A stretch of DNA of 64,000 nucleotides from Octopus sinensis (taxonomy: Eukaryota): the NCBI RefSeq assembly GCF_006345805.1, contig NC_042997.1, positions 71,424,001 to 71,488,000 on the forward strand, given 5' to 3'. This document shows, in pieces, positions 1 to 13,394 of the stretch. The number at the start of each line of letters is the position of its first letter. Within the stretch, counting starts at the first letter, position 1. The notes under the pieces were generated by a model. That model ran no database searches and had not been told where the DNA came from. It saw only the letters and a program-made list of their open reading frames with translations. The translations under genes and the position numbers were made by a program.

Positions 1-149
1 TGTGTATTATACCCACCCGCAGTCCAACTTCCATAAAAATCCCATCGCACACACAGACACACGCGCGCGCGCGCACACACACACAGACACGCGGCGCAAC
101 CTCATAAGCAGATTACAGTCATATATCTTTACCAGTTCCTAGATAAGAC

Positions 150-790
150 TAAATTGTACTAAACACTTTGTCAAGCAACAAATCTTTCTTGATCACAGTT
201 TTAAAGAACCATCTATCAATCTACTTTCTATTCATCTGCAGTATCAGAGAACATACAACTCGCAATAGACGCATAAAAACTATCGTTAAAAAAAGAAAAC
301 GAAATTAGTATACACTAATACCATATATGATCAAGAAAAACTACAAGTGGTGTACAAATCTTCATGGATTATCCTGGACCTGTCTGAACAAAACGCAATA
401 AACTACAAAGAATAGAATGTGCACACTTTATATCAATTTAGGCTGCTCAGAGACAACACACATGAACCACCTACATTTCACATACAAAACACAAGATATG
501 AAAGATTATGTTCACGTATCAGACTTATTTCTTATCAATAAATGTACATTCACCTGCCAAATAAACCGACACCTTCATAGCAACGTACAGTACATACATT
601 CGCATTACACCAGCATAAAAGATGCATGCACTCACCAAATCAACATTAGCTTCAATAACCTTATTGGCCTCATTGTGTTCAAATGCTAATAATAAACATA
701 GAGAACAGTGATTATCACGATCTGATCCAGTCCACTTCGGTCCTGGCCGATACAATCGTAAAGAAAGCAGGCTAAAAGTGCTAAGAGTAT
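150..790 (+). mobile_element. Heavily decayed 3' fragment of an I/Jockey-group LINE ORF2
   Basis: Frame-hopping translation gives HTTRNRRIKTIVKK..LVYTNT..DQEKLQVVYKS, then NKLQRIE and GCSETTHMNHLH. These resemble the post-RT region of I/Jockey-group ORF2 (..LQRIQN.ALR..TGC..MT.IDHLH). Many stops; boundaries approximate. Confidence 0.45.
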
Positions 791-1772
791 AACATGCAGA
801 ATATCACACAGCATCCCACACGATTAACCACATCTGGTAGTTTCAGCAGCATCATCAATCAAGGACATATATATATATATATAAGTGTGTGTGTGGGGGG
901 GGGGCGTTTCCAAATTTCTGACAGAATGAATTGCGCCATGGTGCTATTTTTCTCACTGACGGTGCCCAACTGACCCTGCTATGGTGTATAGCCGATAAAA
1001 TCAAAGAAAAAACGCGCGTGCGCGAAATAAAAAATATAAAATTTACCCGTCGCATGCTGTATATGTATGTAGGTATGTATTCATGTATGTATGTATACAC
1101 GCATATACATATACTTACATATATGTGTATGTATATATGCATGCATATGTAATACTTATCTATAAAGAGCCATATGGATATACAGACGCACACATGTGTG
1201 TATGTGTGATGTGAGTGAATATATTGAAAAAGTGAGGGGCAATAAGAATGACAGAGCAGAAACAGACAGACTGAGAGTAAAAAAAAAGAATATGAGAGGA
1301 TAGGATGAAACGTGGGTAACCGAAAACAGAAAATAGCAGTATATTTTTCAGTGCGATCTGCAAGTTACATCAAATTCCATGACACAGCAGGTGGAGCTTT
1401 TTGTATCTTTGTGAAAAGAAGATGATTTTAAATTTTGAACTGTGTTGTTGTTATTTTTGTAGTTTTTGTTGTTGATGATGTTGTTGATATAGATGCATAA
1501 AAGTGTTACTGAGTTTTCAATAGAACATAGATGCCTTTCATTAAATAGTCTGGTGTCTTACGATATCTCTGAAACACACACTTACATGGACATACAGTCC
1601 TTCATAGATATTCATTTTTGAATACAAACGCATGGATCCAGAATACACACACTATATATACAAAAATTATGCGTGTACGTTTGCTTGTGGCTACGTATTA
1701 TTATTGTGGCTACTTTATATTCATATACATCTATGGCCACAGCATTTTCATAAGTGCATGCATACATAAAAA

Positions 1773-1849
1773 GAGTAGTAGTAGTAGTAGTAGTAGTAGT
1801 AGCAGCAGCAGCAGCAGCAGCTGTAGTAGTAGTAGTAGCAGCAGCAGCT

Positions 1850-1897
<48 letters not shown>
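1773..1897. repeat. Compound (AGT)n/(AGC)n microsatellite
   Basis: Seen directly; explains the poly-Ser ORF 1618..1929. Confidence 0.95.
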
Positions 1898-2022
1898 TAG
1901 TTAACATTCGTAATGATCCTGATTGCTAAAAATTGACGTAAGCTTTGTTAGTTTACAGTGTTGGAAAAGAATGATTTAGCAGCGTAGACCTATTCTTGAT
2001 TTATTTTTAATTAAGGCACAAG

Positions 2023-2130
2023 GCCATAAATTCGGTAGTGGGAGTTTCATCTATTGCATATATCCTAGTTTTCAACTGGTACTATTTGTTATGTTAATTT
2101 TTGAACTCAGAACGTAACATATTTTTCCGA
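2023..2130 (-). mobile_element. Degraded tRNA-derived SINE (family B) fragment
   Basis: ggcacaaggcc...aactggtact...tttgaactcagaacgtaac matches the reverse complement of the intact copy at 26979-27212 and other copies. Confidence 0.45.
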
Positions 2131-2589
2131 TACTCAAACGATTCGGCCATTCTATCGCATTATTCTTTATATTACCAGCAACTTAACTTTTGTATTAGAG
2201 ACTTCATTCGCTATTAAAATATAAGTCCTGTCAACGCTTCATTAATTCATTTCTATTTCACAGCGATAAAAAGAAGAGAAACACTTCTTCCGTGGGATAG
2301 GGTATCTGTATACTGCGGCAACATTCTCCGATGACCTACAATTTATATCGAACAGTTGATGGTATGCACAAATGCAAAAGCGAGGAATTCTTTTCCGGAA
2401 TACACTGAAATGCCTGCGTATGAATTAATAGACTGTTAACAATTTTATGATAATGAACTCGGGTGTACTTTCACAAAGTATGTAATCTGTAACTGGATTC
2501 CATAATCTTCAGCTTCAAGTAAACTACTCTCATACATGAAGTGTGTGCATTTCCTTAATTCTGAGCGTAAATTATTCAAAATATATGTG

Positions 2590-2612
2590 TACGCGTGATA
2601 TATATATATATA

Positions 2613-2653
<41 letters not shown>

Positions 2654-2683
2654 CGTGTGTGTATGTATGTATATATGTATGTA

Positions 2684-2765
<82 letters not shown>
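2590..2765. repeat. (TA)n/(GA)n microsatellite flanking the PLE
   Basis: Seen directly. Confidence 0.95.
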
Positions 2766-2767
<2 letters not shown>

Positions 2768-3132
2768 GAAATATGTTACGAAAAGAAAATATAAAATACA
2801 CGTGGAAATGTAAGGGTAAAATATGAGAAATCAACGAAAATGCATATTGTAAATAGAAAAAGGCTATTTATGACAGGTGGTGGCAAATATATACATTTAG
2901 ATTGACTGAGGTAGTAATACGAGTCATACAGGTCATTATTATGAGATGATTATAAGATGATAATAAAGTAAGAGAACAAAATGAACCAATAATTTATGCG
3001 AAGGCTATTCATCGTTTGAACAACACCGGTTAATATACGGTGTCAGGTCTAATAGTTCCTGAGAAAAAATATTATTTGTAAGGGAGGTAAGTAGTTCTGG
3101 ATTATTTGTAAGGGAGGTAAGTAGTTCTGGAA

Positions 3133-3575
3133 TTAGAGATGTGAGTGATGTAGGTAGTGTATAGGGTTTAGTGGTTTCAATTGAAGAGTTAGTGGTGTTC
3201 TGTATTGCATTGTGGTGTTCTGTGAGCATTGGTAAAAGGGAAATATTTGGAAAATGGGATTAAGATTCCTGGCACATCTTTCTATGTGTTCACTCATCTT
3301 TAACTGTCTGTATTGTGGGTGACGGATTTGCTCTTTGTGAATGGTGATTCTTTGACGGAGCGAAATTCCTTTTTGTCCAATATAGAGTTTACCACATCCT
3401 ATGCATGTTATTACATTTGCTGAGGCACAGGTGAAATTTGATTTGATCTTAAATATTTCTCCTTGTTTGAATTGAAATTCTGAACCCTCCAGAAGGTGGG
3501 GGCATGTTCCACAGTTAGAACGTCCACATATTGTCACTTTTGGCTCAGTAGTTGGTGGGTAAAGTCTAGCGCTGG
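3133..3575 (-). pseudogene. PLE Cys-linker plus GIY-YIG endonuclease
   Basis: ORF 3133..3537: CGRSNCGTC, FTCASANVITCIGCGKLYIGQ, RITIHKEQIR, MSEHI. Confidence 0.9.
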
Positions 3576-4340
3576 TTAATATTCTTTCAGTGACTTCGGT
3601 TGCTTTTTGCTTTTTATAATTTTATATGAGCTTAAAATTTCGTTTATTGTTTTGTCTGCTGTGAGGATGGGAAAGTTTTGGGTGATGATGTTGAAGGCTT
3701 CGTTGTTTCTGGGGTTATGTGTGGAGATGTACGGGAGTATTTTTAAGTCTTGTTTAGTATTTCGGCTAGTTTTCCTTAATCTTTGTATATCTATTTCCTT
3801 ACTTCGTTTGATGCCTTCATTTACTAATGAGATTGGGTAGTGTATTTTAGTTAGTGTAGATCTAAGTTCAAGGAGTCTATGTTCACGAGTGTATGTATCG
3901 GAAACTATGGTGCAGATTCTTTTTGCTAGGTTAAAGGGTATGTTGATTTTTATGTGTTTGGGGTGGCAAGAGTTAAATAATAGGTATTGTTTAGAATCTG
4001 TGGGTTTATAAAAGATGTCTGTTTCTATGTAGTTGTTAACTATTTTAATTAAGATGTCTAGAAAAGGTAGTTGCTTACTGTTGTGTTCCATAGTGAATTG
4101 TATATTGCTGTGTATGTTGTTGAGCATTCTTTTGAAATCAAGGAGTTGATCCATGCTATCTTGCCAAATAATGAAGCAATCATCTAAATATCTCTTCCAG
4201 TTCTCCTTTAAGTAGCAATTGAAAGAAGCGCCATATTTTTCTAGTGCTGATTGGTATAACTTAAGTGGTAACCAATTACGAGGTTTGCAATCACTGGAAC
4301 AGCTCTGGTCCCAATTGCAATTACGCATAACTGTCGATAG
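3576..4340 (-). pseudogene. PLE reverse transcriptase (motif B' to thumb), frameshifted
   Basis: YRQLCVIAIGTRAVPVIANLVIGY (motif B') is in a shifted frame at 4263-4340; ORF 3576..4328 carries WKRYLDDCFIIW. Confidence 0.9.
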
Positions 4341-4858
4341 TGAGTAGTATCGACCAAGAAAAGTTTGTTCAACAGGACGAATTTCAGTGCTTCAATTATA
4401 AAATTGTGGTTAATTCATCCTGGGATACCACTAACTCTTCAATTGAAACCACTAAACCCTATACACTACCTACATCACTCACATCTCTAATTCCAGAACT
4501 ACTTACCTCCCTTACAAATAATATTTTTTTCTCAGGAACTATTAGACCTGACACCGTATATTAACCGGTGTTGTTTAGACGATGAATAGCCTTGCGTAAA
4601 TTATTGGTTCGTTTTGTTCTCTTACTTTATTATCATCTTATAATCATCTCATTATAATGACCTTTATGACTCGTATTACTACCTCAGTCAATCTAAATGT
4701 ATATATTTGCCACTACCTGTCATAAATAGCCTTTTCCTATTTGCAATATGCATTTTCGTTGATTTCTCATATTTACCCATATATATATATATATATATAT
4801 ATTATATAATATATATTATATGTATGTATATGTACATGTATATATGTATATATAATGC

Positions 4859-4899
<41 letters not shown>

Positions 4900-6294
4900 T
4901 ACGCGAGAAAGAAGCAACAAGAATGGATAGGTTTTTAGTACGATCGTTTCATACAAGGACAGGTTTTAAAAGTTGCAAAGATTACAGCATATAAACGAGT
5001 CCCGTACTCATCAGCTAAAATACATGTAAGTTCTCTAGACATCCTAGTGTTGAGGCTATACTCATGAAGTAATGTAGATAATTAAACAGATTTCTAAAGT
5101 TCATTAAAGTTTTTAAAGATGATGTACAGTCTTATCACAGAATTTTAAAAAAGTTTTGATAGCATCACAGAGAAGGTGACCTAATCCATATGAATTTCCA
5201 TAGATATGATGAGGATTATATACTCACAGAAGACAAATTTATCCATTGTTAATTACAACGAGGGGGTCTCAATTCCTGCTTATTAGCATTACAGAGAGGG
5301 TGAATTAATCCTTTGTAATATGCACAGATTCCAATGGTGTAGACGTAAATTTCCAGAGAAATGGAGATGAATTTCATATTCACAGGCGATAAATTTTACA
5401 ATGGTTGAACACAATGAGGTAGGTATTAATCCTTGTTATATGATTAGGTGTTTGCCATATTAATCACATTACTGCTATTCACAAGAGGCTGTAGCTATTT
5501 AACTCTTAAAGGCTGAAGGGCTTACTAGATCGGCCAGAATAGAGAAGGGAATAGAAGAAAAGAGAGAAAAATATGGAGGAGGGAGCAAAAAGGGGGGGAA
5601 GGGGGACAAGAGAGAGAAAAGGAAACAGAGAATAAGAAGAAGAAAAAGAAAAAAAGAGAAAAGAGAAAGAAATAGGGAAAGAAGGGAAAAAAAGAAAAAG
5701 AAAAAAAGAGGGTTCTAGTTATACAGAAGAGCTAGTAGACTGTAAGTCTGGTTTTAATCAACAGGCATCTAGGAACTAGAGGGGAATATTATTCTTTGAC
5801 CAGTAAACCGTTAATTATTGCTGTTGAAATCAGCTATGAGTTTAAAGAGAATCTAAAGAGATAACACAGTCGGGGTTAAGGGTCAGATGCTAAAATCACC
5901 AGAAAATACATTAGGAAAATCTAAGTATAATCTTATCAAAAAGTCATTAAAAATTTACTTATTTAACTTATTCATTTTATTGTCTTAAGGAGTTGTGTTA
6001 TTATTCATACATTGACTGACTACAGGTCAAATCTTATAAGATCATTTACAAGGTGTTAGGGGATTGTCTATCATAATGAAGATCATATATTATCACCGAG
6101 GGAATAGCCTTATTATTTAATTATGAAATAGAATTATGGGGCTACAGTAATAATTATACATTCTTGTTGCTTCTTTCTCGCTATAATCACCCCACATTAC
6201 TGTATTGTTAAATCAGTATAGTTTTTGGTGCATCTAAGTTAGGTACCATATTCAAGTAAATTTTTTTAAATTACTTGATATCTTTATTGCTCTT

Positions 6295-6295
<1 letters not shown>

Positions 6296-6385
<90 letters not shown>

Positions 6386-6447
6386 ATATATATATATATA
6401 TATATATTATAATATATAATAATATATTATATATATATATATATATA
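6296..6447. repeat. (TA)n microsatellite
   Basis: Seen directly. Confidence 0.95.
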
Positions 6448-7755
6448 TTGTTATTGTTTTTAATCATAATATACTTTGTGGAAGGAATTTCTTCGATTTA
6501 TAGAAACTGTGGGTATTTTTATAATTTCTTGCATTGTGGCTATAGAGTAATACTATTTTATGTTCTATATTGTCATCTTATAATAATTTCGCTTGTCATT
6601 CCGTTACTTAAGCTGTCGGTAATGCTTTCACGGGATTAGAGAAAAAGAGGGAGAAAGAAAAGGGGGAGAGAAAAAAATCGGGTGAGAGGAAAAGAAGGAT
6701 AGAGAAAAAAAGGGAGAGAGAAGCGTTCATGACGTATGGTAGAAGGAATGTAATTGTAATTCTATCACGTGATTCGTTGAAGAGAAATAGAGGAGAAAGA
6801 AAAAGAAGAGGGAAAGAGAATAAGGCGAAGAGGGAGACAGAAAGAGGGAGAAGGAAAAGTGGGACAGAAAAGGCGGAGAGATCTAAAGCGAGACAGAGAA
6901 GCGTCCATGACATAAGGTAGGAAGAACGTAATAATAATTACGTGATTAAAAAGTTAGTTGAAGGTAGTGATGATATTTTTTAAAAATTTAACTAAGTTTG
7001 TTATATCACCTATCACTTATCGCATGCGCATAAGTGCAATTCCGTGAAATATTTACGCTTAATTACGTAGCAGAGATATGCAATGTAACTAAGGTTGTAT
7101 CATATGTACGGGATACTTTTTTGTTTGTTTATGGGGGAACTGGAAAAACAAGAGTGAATATTTATCTAATGAGTGTTGTGTATTAAGTCTATAAAATTGT
7201 ATATACAGTATATAAAGTATGAGTATCAGATGAGCGACTATCTTTCCATAGAGACACAATACAGGCTACACTTTCAGGTATTTTGGTTAAAGTTTTCAGA
7301 AATAACCCAGTAGGTTTACCATTAATTCCTTGAAATATTCATGGGTCCCGCTAGTTTATAATAATAAGCAGATGCTAGTGTAATGAGCATATTACGCTAA
7401 TGCTTCGTTCCTGCAGCTTGTCTTTTATTTCCTAGGCAGCGTTTATGTTTTAACACTGTTTACACTGTCGGATTGAATGGTACTGCCCCGTTGACGAAAC
7501 CATGATGATATCCGTTGGGCAGCTGACGATGGGAATAAGTTTAATTTGCTTCTTTTTTTTTATTTTATAGGTCTATTTATTATGGGGTCTCATTATTCTG
7601 AGTTGTCTTTAGTTTTCATAAAATTGAATATGTTTTTGTGTTCATGGTTTATGGTGATTACATACTTTGATATTGCTTGACTGATTTCATTGACAATTTT
7701 TTAAAGCTAGGATAAAACTTAATTGACGGTTTCTAATTTTTTGATGTTTTGTGGC

Positions 7756-7757
<2 letters not shown>

Positions 7758-7788
<31 letters not shown>

Positions 7789-7937
7789 TGTATGTATGTA
7801 TGTATGTATGTATGTATGTATGGATGGATGGATGGATGGATGGATGGATGGATGGTTGGCTGGCTGGCTGGCGGCTGGCTGGCTGGCTGGATGGATGGAT
7901 GGATGGATGGATGGATGGATGGATGGATGGATGGATG
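7758..7937. repeat. Compound (TATG)n-(GGAT)n-(GGCT)n-(GGAT)n tetranucleotide array
   Basis: Seen directly; explains the YVCM/WMDG ORFs. Confidence 0.95.
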
Positions 7938-8780
7938 TACATGGCCTACTGTGTTTGCTTCAGTTTTGGTGTGCCTTTAATATAGCCATTAGGACATTCC
8001 TTCTTGCATATAAGTTTGTAATTTTTTTCACTACAATGCCGTGTCTCATAGGAAGGTAGTACCTTTCGTATATTTTGAGAGAGCTGATAAAATTATAGAC
8101 TATACCTTCATCACTGGTCTAGCACAATCGACTTTTTCTATCACAACGGAGAGTTTAGAGACTTCCTCGACTCACTTGTTCATTAGTTTATTCGGAAGTA
8201 TCTCCTTTACCTTGACAGCATGGATATAACCGTCTATGTGAGATCTGATGAATCTATCACAGGTTCAGGATGGGTGACTATTCCTGTCAATGTTGCTAGA
8301 ACTTTTTATTCATATGTACCCACGCATATCTTTTCTGTGGTATGATGAGCATTTTCTGTCCAAATCCCTGTTCAAGTTTGTCAGTCCGGCACCATTAGTG
8401 CGATACAGAACAGCTATACACTCAGAATACCTAATCAGGATTTCGTTTCTTGATCTCCTGAAATTATTTTCGCTGCTTTGAATACATGTGATGTACTCAT
8501 TTTTCTCCTTACTGTTCAATACATATATACACACACATATGCATAGTACATAGATACATACATACAATGTCGCAATGAAAACCTCAATGAAATATAAGCA
8601 CAACATACCTGATATAATGATTTGAGATAGAGAAGAGAAAATGTGTAGTTGTGGAAATTAGCTGTCCAGCGGATGTTAACATAAAGCTGAAGATCAGTGA
8701 AAATGAGAATACATCCGCTGAACTTTTGAGAAATCTACAGTTACTCTATCCAGGTTAGAAGTTCAGGCTTATACCTGTTC

Positions 8781-8814
<34 letters not shown>

Positions 8815-8816
<2 letters not shown>

Positions 8817-9375
8817 CGCAGCCTTGGTTTCTGCCAGGGTCTCTTTCCATTCACAAGTTCCCCATATAGCATCTGCTTAGGGATCCTGCTATCTTTCATT
8901 CTAATAAGGTGTCCAGTCCAACTTAACCGCTGCTTGTATACCATCGCCTCAATACTCAATATACCAGCTATCTTTAGGACCTGTGTATCTGGAGTTTTTA
9001 AGGTTCAGCCAAAATTCAGAACGTGTCTGAGACATCTCTGATGAAAGTGTTCAAGGACCTTTTACATGACGTTTGTAAAGGGTCCATGTCTCATATGAGT
9101 AAAGGAGCGATGTCAGTACACATGCACAGTATACAGCAATTTTTGCTTGCCTTGTGCTGCCATGCTGAGACCAGACACGAGACTGAAGAGACCGGAAGGA
9201 ATTAGTTGCTCTCTGCAGCCTGAAAGATATTTCATCACCCAGGGAGCAAGAACGACTGAGTATGCTGCCCAGGTAGACAAACCTGTCTACCACTTTCAGA
9301 AATGTTCCTTCAACCAAGATAGCTGGTTCCACATATGGATTTCCTGCTGCTGCTCATCTCTCGTGGAGAGATTTA
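8815..9375 (-). mobile_element. RTE-clade LINE 3' fragment
   Basis: LKVVDRFVYLGSILS..EISFRLQRA..AKIAVYCACVLTSLLYSYETWTLY and SIEAMVYKQRLSWTGHLIRMKDSRIPKQMLYGEL are homologous to the RT C-terminus of the element at 16.7-18 kb. Confidence 0.88.
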
Positions 9376-9562
9376 GGAACAACAATGTTTAAATATATAT
9401 ATGTATATATATATATACATTCTCGCGCACATTAAACGCGAGGTATGCGTGTGTGCATGTATGAGCAAATGGTTTTCGGCAAATAAACAGTCTCAGCAAC
9501 AGAGAGAGCCAATAAAGCAAAAGTAACAAGAAACCTGTATAACATTTTAATTACCGAAATAT

Positions 9563-9617
<55 letters not shown>

Positions 9618-10698
9618 ACTACATGTTGTTACGTCAGTTTCTGAATTCATTGAGCATGTGAAAGCAAATATTTCCACATCATTTACAAACCATTCCTTCT
9701 TTGATGACTTCTAATTTCTTAAATTCAGCCTTGAACTTCGACATTTATATTTGATTCAACCTTTCTATTTTATATTTATTCACTCACTTCTTTTTTTTAT
9801 ATTTTATCATATTTATATTTATATATTTTTGCCTGTTCTGCTCTTATCGTAGCAAACTTGTAAATGCTCTTCAGAATTACGAACCAGAAATCATATTGCA
9901 TACGTTACTCACCCTCCTGCTTATTCCGATTCACTTATGGCCAAATGCCTGTCAGTAGCTATCACACAAACAACGATTCACATTTTGAAGAAGCTTGCCT
10001 ATTCTTTTTTATTCCTAAATTCTTTCTTTCTCTTAAAATTTCGTCTTTTGCTACTATCCCACAATTACCTCCCCTCCTGTGTCTCATCCTATCATGTCTT
10101 ATCGGTGATTCAGCTAAAGCAATTAAACAATTTTATTAATTACACTCAACATATCTCATCCTCTCAAGGTCTGCATATGCATATTTGTGTGTCTGTTTGC
10201 AGACACATACACACAGGCGCACATAGGCACATACACATGTACGTGTGCGCATATGCAGATTCCGACAGGATAGGCTAGTTTCAGTGAAGTAAGATAGATG
10301 GGAGTAAAGAACATACTTTTAGATTTTTATTTTCATAGGAGCATTAAGATTAGGTCTTCGTAACTATGCGTCATCGATATTGATTTTTGCTTTACTATAT
10401 CAAGGATTTTATAGAGAAGATAAGGAAAAGAGCTGGGTTTTTTTTTATTTGACCCGTTTTCCTTTACTCACACTTCTCTTATCGACACCCAAGGAATATA
10501 AAGCAAATTTGACTCCTGTAAATCTTAAGCATATTAAATTACAATTCGTTAAGAATTTCAACATTACTGCTCTAGGCATTCGATTGTCTAGCGTTCAGAC
10601 CGCAAAAGTAAAGTGAAGTAAGATGGGTTTAAACGAAACTAGAAACCATATCCCAAGTACAGTCGTAGCTGTGTAATTATAAGAAGTTCATTTTGCAG

Positions 10699-10780
10699 CT
10701 ATAGAGTACCTGGTTCAGTACGAGTGCATGCTATCTTAGGCAATAGAATTTGGTACACGAAAACTTTCCAGAAGCTCGTG
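10699..10780 (+). CDS. Candidate isolated 82-bp exon (unknown product)
   Basis: Acceptor ttttgcag| and donor GTG|gtgagt, with one open frame YRVPGSVRVHAILGNRIWYTKTFQKLV in non-repetitive sequence. No recognised homology. Confidence 0.25.
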
Positions 10781-11244
10781 GTGAGTATATGTGTCTACAT
10801 CTTTAGGAGACTGAAGGTAGACTTAAGTTGGTTTCAGAGCTAAGTTTACTGACTGGGATTTTAACAAAATCCATATGTACAGTTTCTTTCTTTTCCTAGG
10901 TTTCCACTGTGGTTTTCTATCAGTGATTGAAATGTCTTTTCTTATCAGAAAATGATTTCCTTTTAACACCCTATATGTTCAGTGAATCCAGACTTAGATG
11001 TTTCTCTTCAAATTCCAATTAAAGAACGAGCAAGAAATTACTGATGCCATTCCAGTGAAGTTCAAGTTAAGTGAACAATCTGCAAATATTGGTGTTAATT
11101 CAGAACATTTTGAATATTTTCAGACAAACAGTCGAATGAATGTAAAGATACAGTAGTATAGATTAATAAACTAAAACTCTATTTCATATCTAACGATTAG
11201 GTTAATAGACTAAAAACATTTTACCCACAGTAACTCATTCCAGA

Positions 11245-12250
11245 TATTTAGAAATCTCTGATGTAGGCACAAGTCCTTTGGTTTAAACAGAGGACACAGT
11301 CGACATGAGTGAGAAATAAATTGATACCTGAAAAAACGAATGATAAGATCGTCCTACAGTTTTGAACTCAGAGTGGAAAGAAGGCCTTATTGAGTGCCCA
11401 GTGTTTTATCATTAGGTCATCCATCACTCATATTTCAACAAATAATGGTTTCTAACGTAGGCACAAGGCTGGTAGTCTTCAGTTGATGCGCTTGCTCCTG
11501 TTGTTGAGACTACTCTATTTTATCGGCCTCAAAAAGATGAAGGCGAAATTCAACCCTGAATGTAGAGAGCCTTAACAAATACTGCTCTGTATTTTTGTTC
11601 GATATCCTAACGATAGTGACAACTCATCACGTTTCAAAATCATTTCTGATTGCATGAGACCAGAAATTTTCAGGAGAGGGAATTCGTCGACATCATCGAC
11701 GCCGGTATTTAGCTGATGCTATACTTCATTGACTCCAAAGCATGAAAGGCAAAGTTAACCTCTGTAGGATTTGAACTCAGAATGTAAAGAGACGGAAGAA
11801 AAACCATAAGATAATTTTTCTGACGCTCTAATGATACTGAAAATCCGGCGTTACAATTTTCAGGGATTACAGCGGGTGATTATATTGATCCCAGTACTTA
11901 ACTTTATTCCTGGGCCCGAAAGGATGACAAAGTTAATTTCAGAGGGTCTTGAACTCAAAACGTAAAAAACAGTAAATAAATGCCGCAATGTATTTTCACA
12001 CAATGCTCTACTGGTTACGACATCTACCCACGTTGTATTGTAGTAAATAATAATTTCTAAATTTTGCATCACGTAGCAAATTTGACGGAACGAGTGTAGT
12101 CCGTTAATAATCTATTAACGTTAGTCTGTTAACAAATATTATGATATTGGTATTTGTTTTATCAACGTTGGGGATGTGAAGGACAAAATTAATCTTGGAA
12201 GGATTTAAGCAAAGACAGTAAGGGGATTTGACTAAATGCCACAATGCTTT
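11245..12250 (-). mobile_element. Head-to-tail cluster of ~5 decayed tRNA-derived SINE (family B) copies
   Basis: ggcacaagg...gatgaaaggcaaagt...tttgaactcagaatgta blocks recur at about 11265, 11460, 11650, 11870 and 12065, all in the same orientation. Confidence 0.65.
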
Positions 12251-12429
12251 TTTTTTCTTTTATTCCGCTTTATTAAATAATCATGAATATAATTTTCTCT
12301 GAATCTGAACCACGGAGAAAATACATTCGCATAAGACTACGTCTATAAAAACCTTATAAGTTTACAATCCCAGGAGAAAACAATATTATATACTGTTGTA
12401 GAGGGTTAGCTGCCCAACAACCTTATAAG

Positions 12430-12825
12430 TTTACACATATATACGCGAACGGTCATTTACATGAATGCACAGACATACATGCATATATACATAAACAGAC
12501 GCATGTATACACACACATATACATACATATATAGATATACACACATGTACATATGCATGCATACACATACGCATGCATACATTCATACATACGCAAGCAT
12601 GTACATACATATACATATACACGCATACATACATTCATACATACGCAGACATGTATATACGCATGCATAAACAAGCGCACACGTACATTTATGCATGCAT
12701 ACCTACATACATACATACATACATACATACATACATACATACATACATACATACATACATACATACATACGCATACATTCATACATACATACATACATAC
12801 ATACATACATACATACATACATACA

Positions 12826-12856
<31 letters not shown>

Positions 12857-12860
12857 GTAT
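12430..12860. repeat. Degenerate (CATA)n/(TA)n microsatellite block
   Basis: Seen directly. Confidence 0.9.
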
Positions 12861-13394
12861 TACCCAAACAATATACAATATACAATGCCTTCTATATGAT
12901 AGACTGCCTAGGGATAAATATTAAAAGAATCTCTCATGTTGAGTACATTCACACGATTCAACATAGGCTATATTATTGGAACATTTCAATCAAAGCTTCC
13001 GCCGAAAACGAACACTTGGTTGTTTGAAGGAGAAAACAACATTATATACTGTTGTGGAGGTTTCAGCTACCCAACAAATGTGAACTCAGAATATTTATGG
13101 ACAACTGCTTCGAAACTTATACCTTATCTCTACCCAGTTTATGAATAAATATTTGTAAATTTATATTTAGTTTAGAGAAGGTTGAAAGCACCTCTAACTA
13201 TTGACACTTTTAAGTTTTATTTTATTTTATTTTCTAATGAGTAAATAACTTGAAAATTTCGGAGCTTCAGTGAAGGAAATAGATTCGTTTGAACAATGTA
13301 TATATGCAATATTTTTATAAAATTCAACATCTTAACATGTTAGAATTGAAGATGTATGGCCTAAATATGTATTCTACACAAACAGTACCCAATC

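Larger units (their letters stand above)
2814..4778 (-). mobile_element. 5'-truncated Penelope-like element (Neptune-type linker) with inverted pseudo-LTR
   Basis: RT C-half and thumb (RYLDD, LPFLDILI, YKPTDSKQYLLFNSCHP), Cys linker CGRSNCGTC and GIY-YIG (VITCIGCGKLYIGQ, HKEQIR, SEHI). 2814-3196 is repeated in inverted orientation at 4427-4778. (TA)n lies on both sides. Confidence 0.92.

Noticed and set aside
5000-6240. Non-repetitive stretch with a GDF-like tripeptide on minus
   Set aside because: No sustained frame or further endonuclease motifs.
7230-8480. Possible very old PLE (LIPIVSCPT; VVIEKVD) on minus
   Set aside because: Only scattered 4-5 residue resemblances amid many stops; cannot be supported.
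9460-9545. MLYRFLVTFALLALSVAET signal-peptide-like stretch
   Set aside because: It runs into microsatellite with no good donor site; likely compositional.
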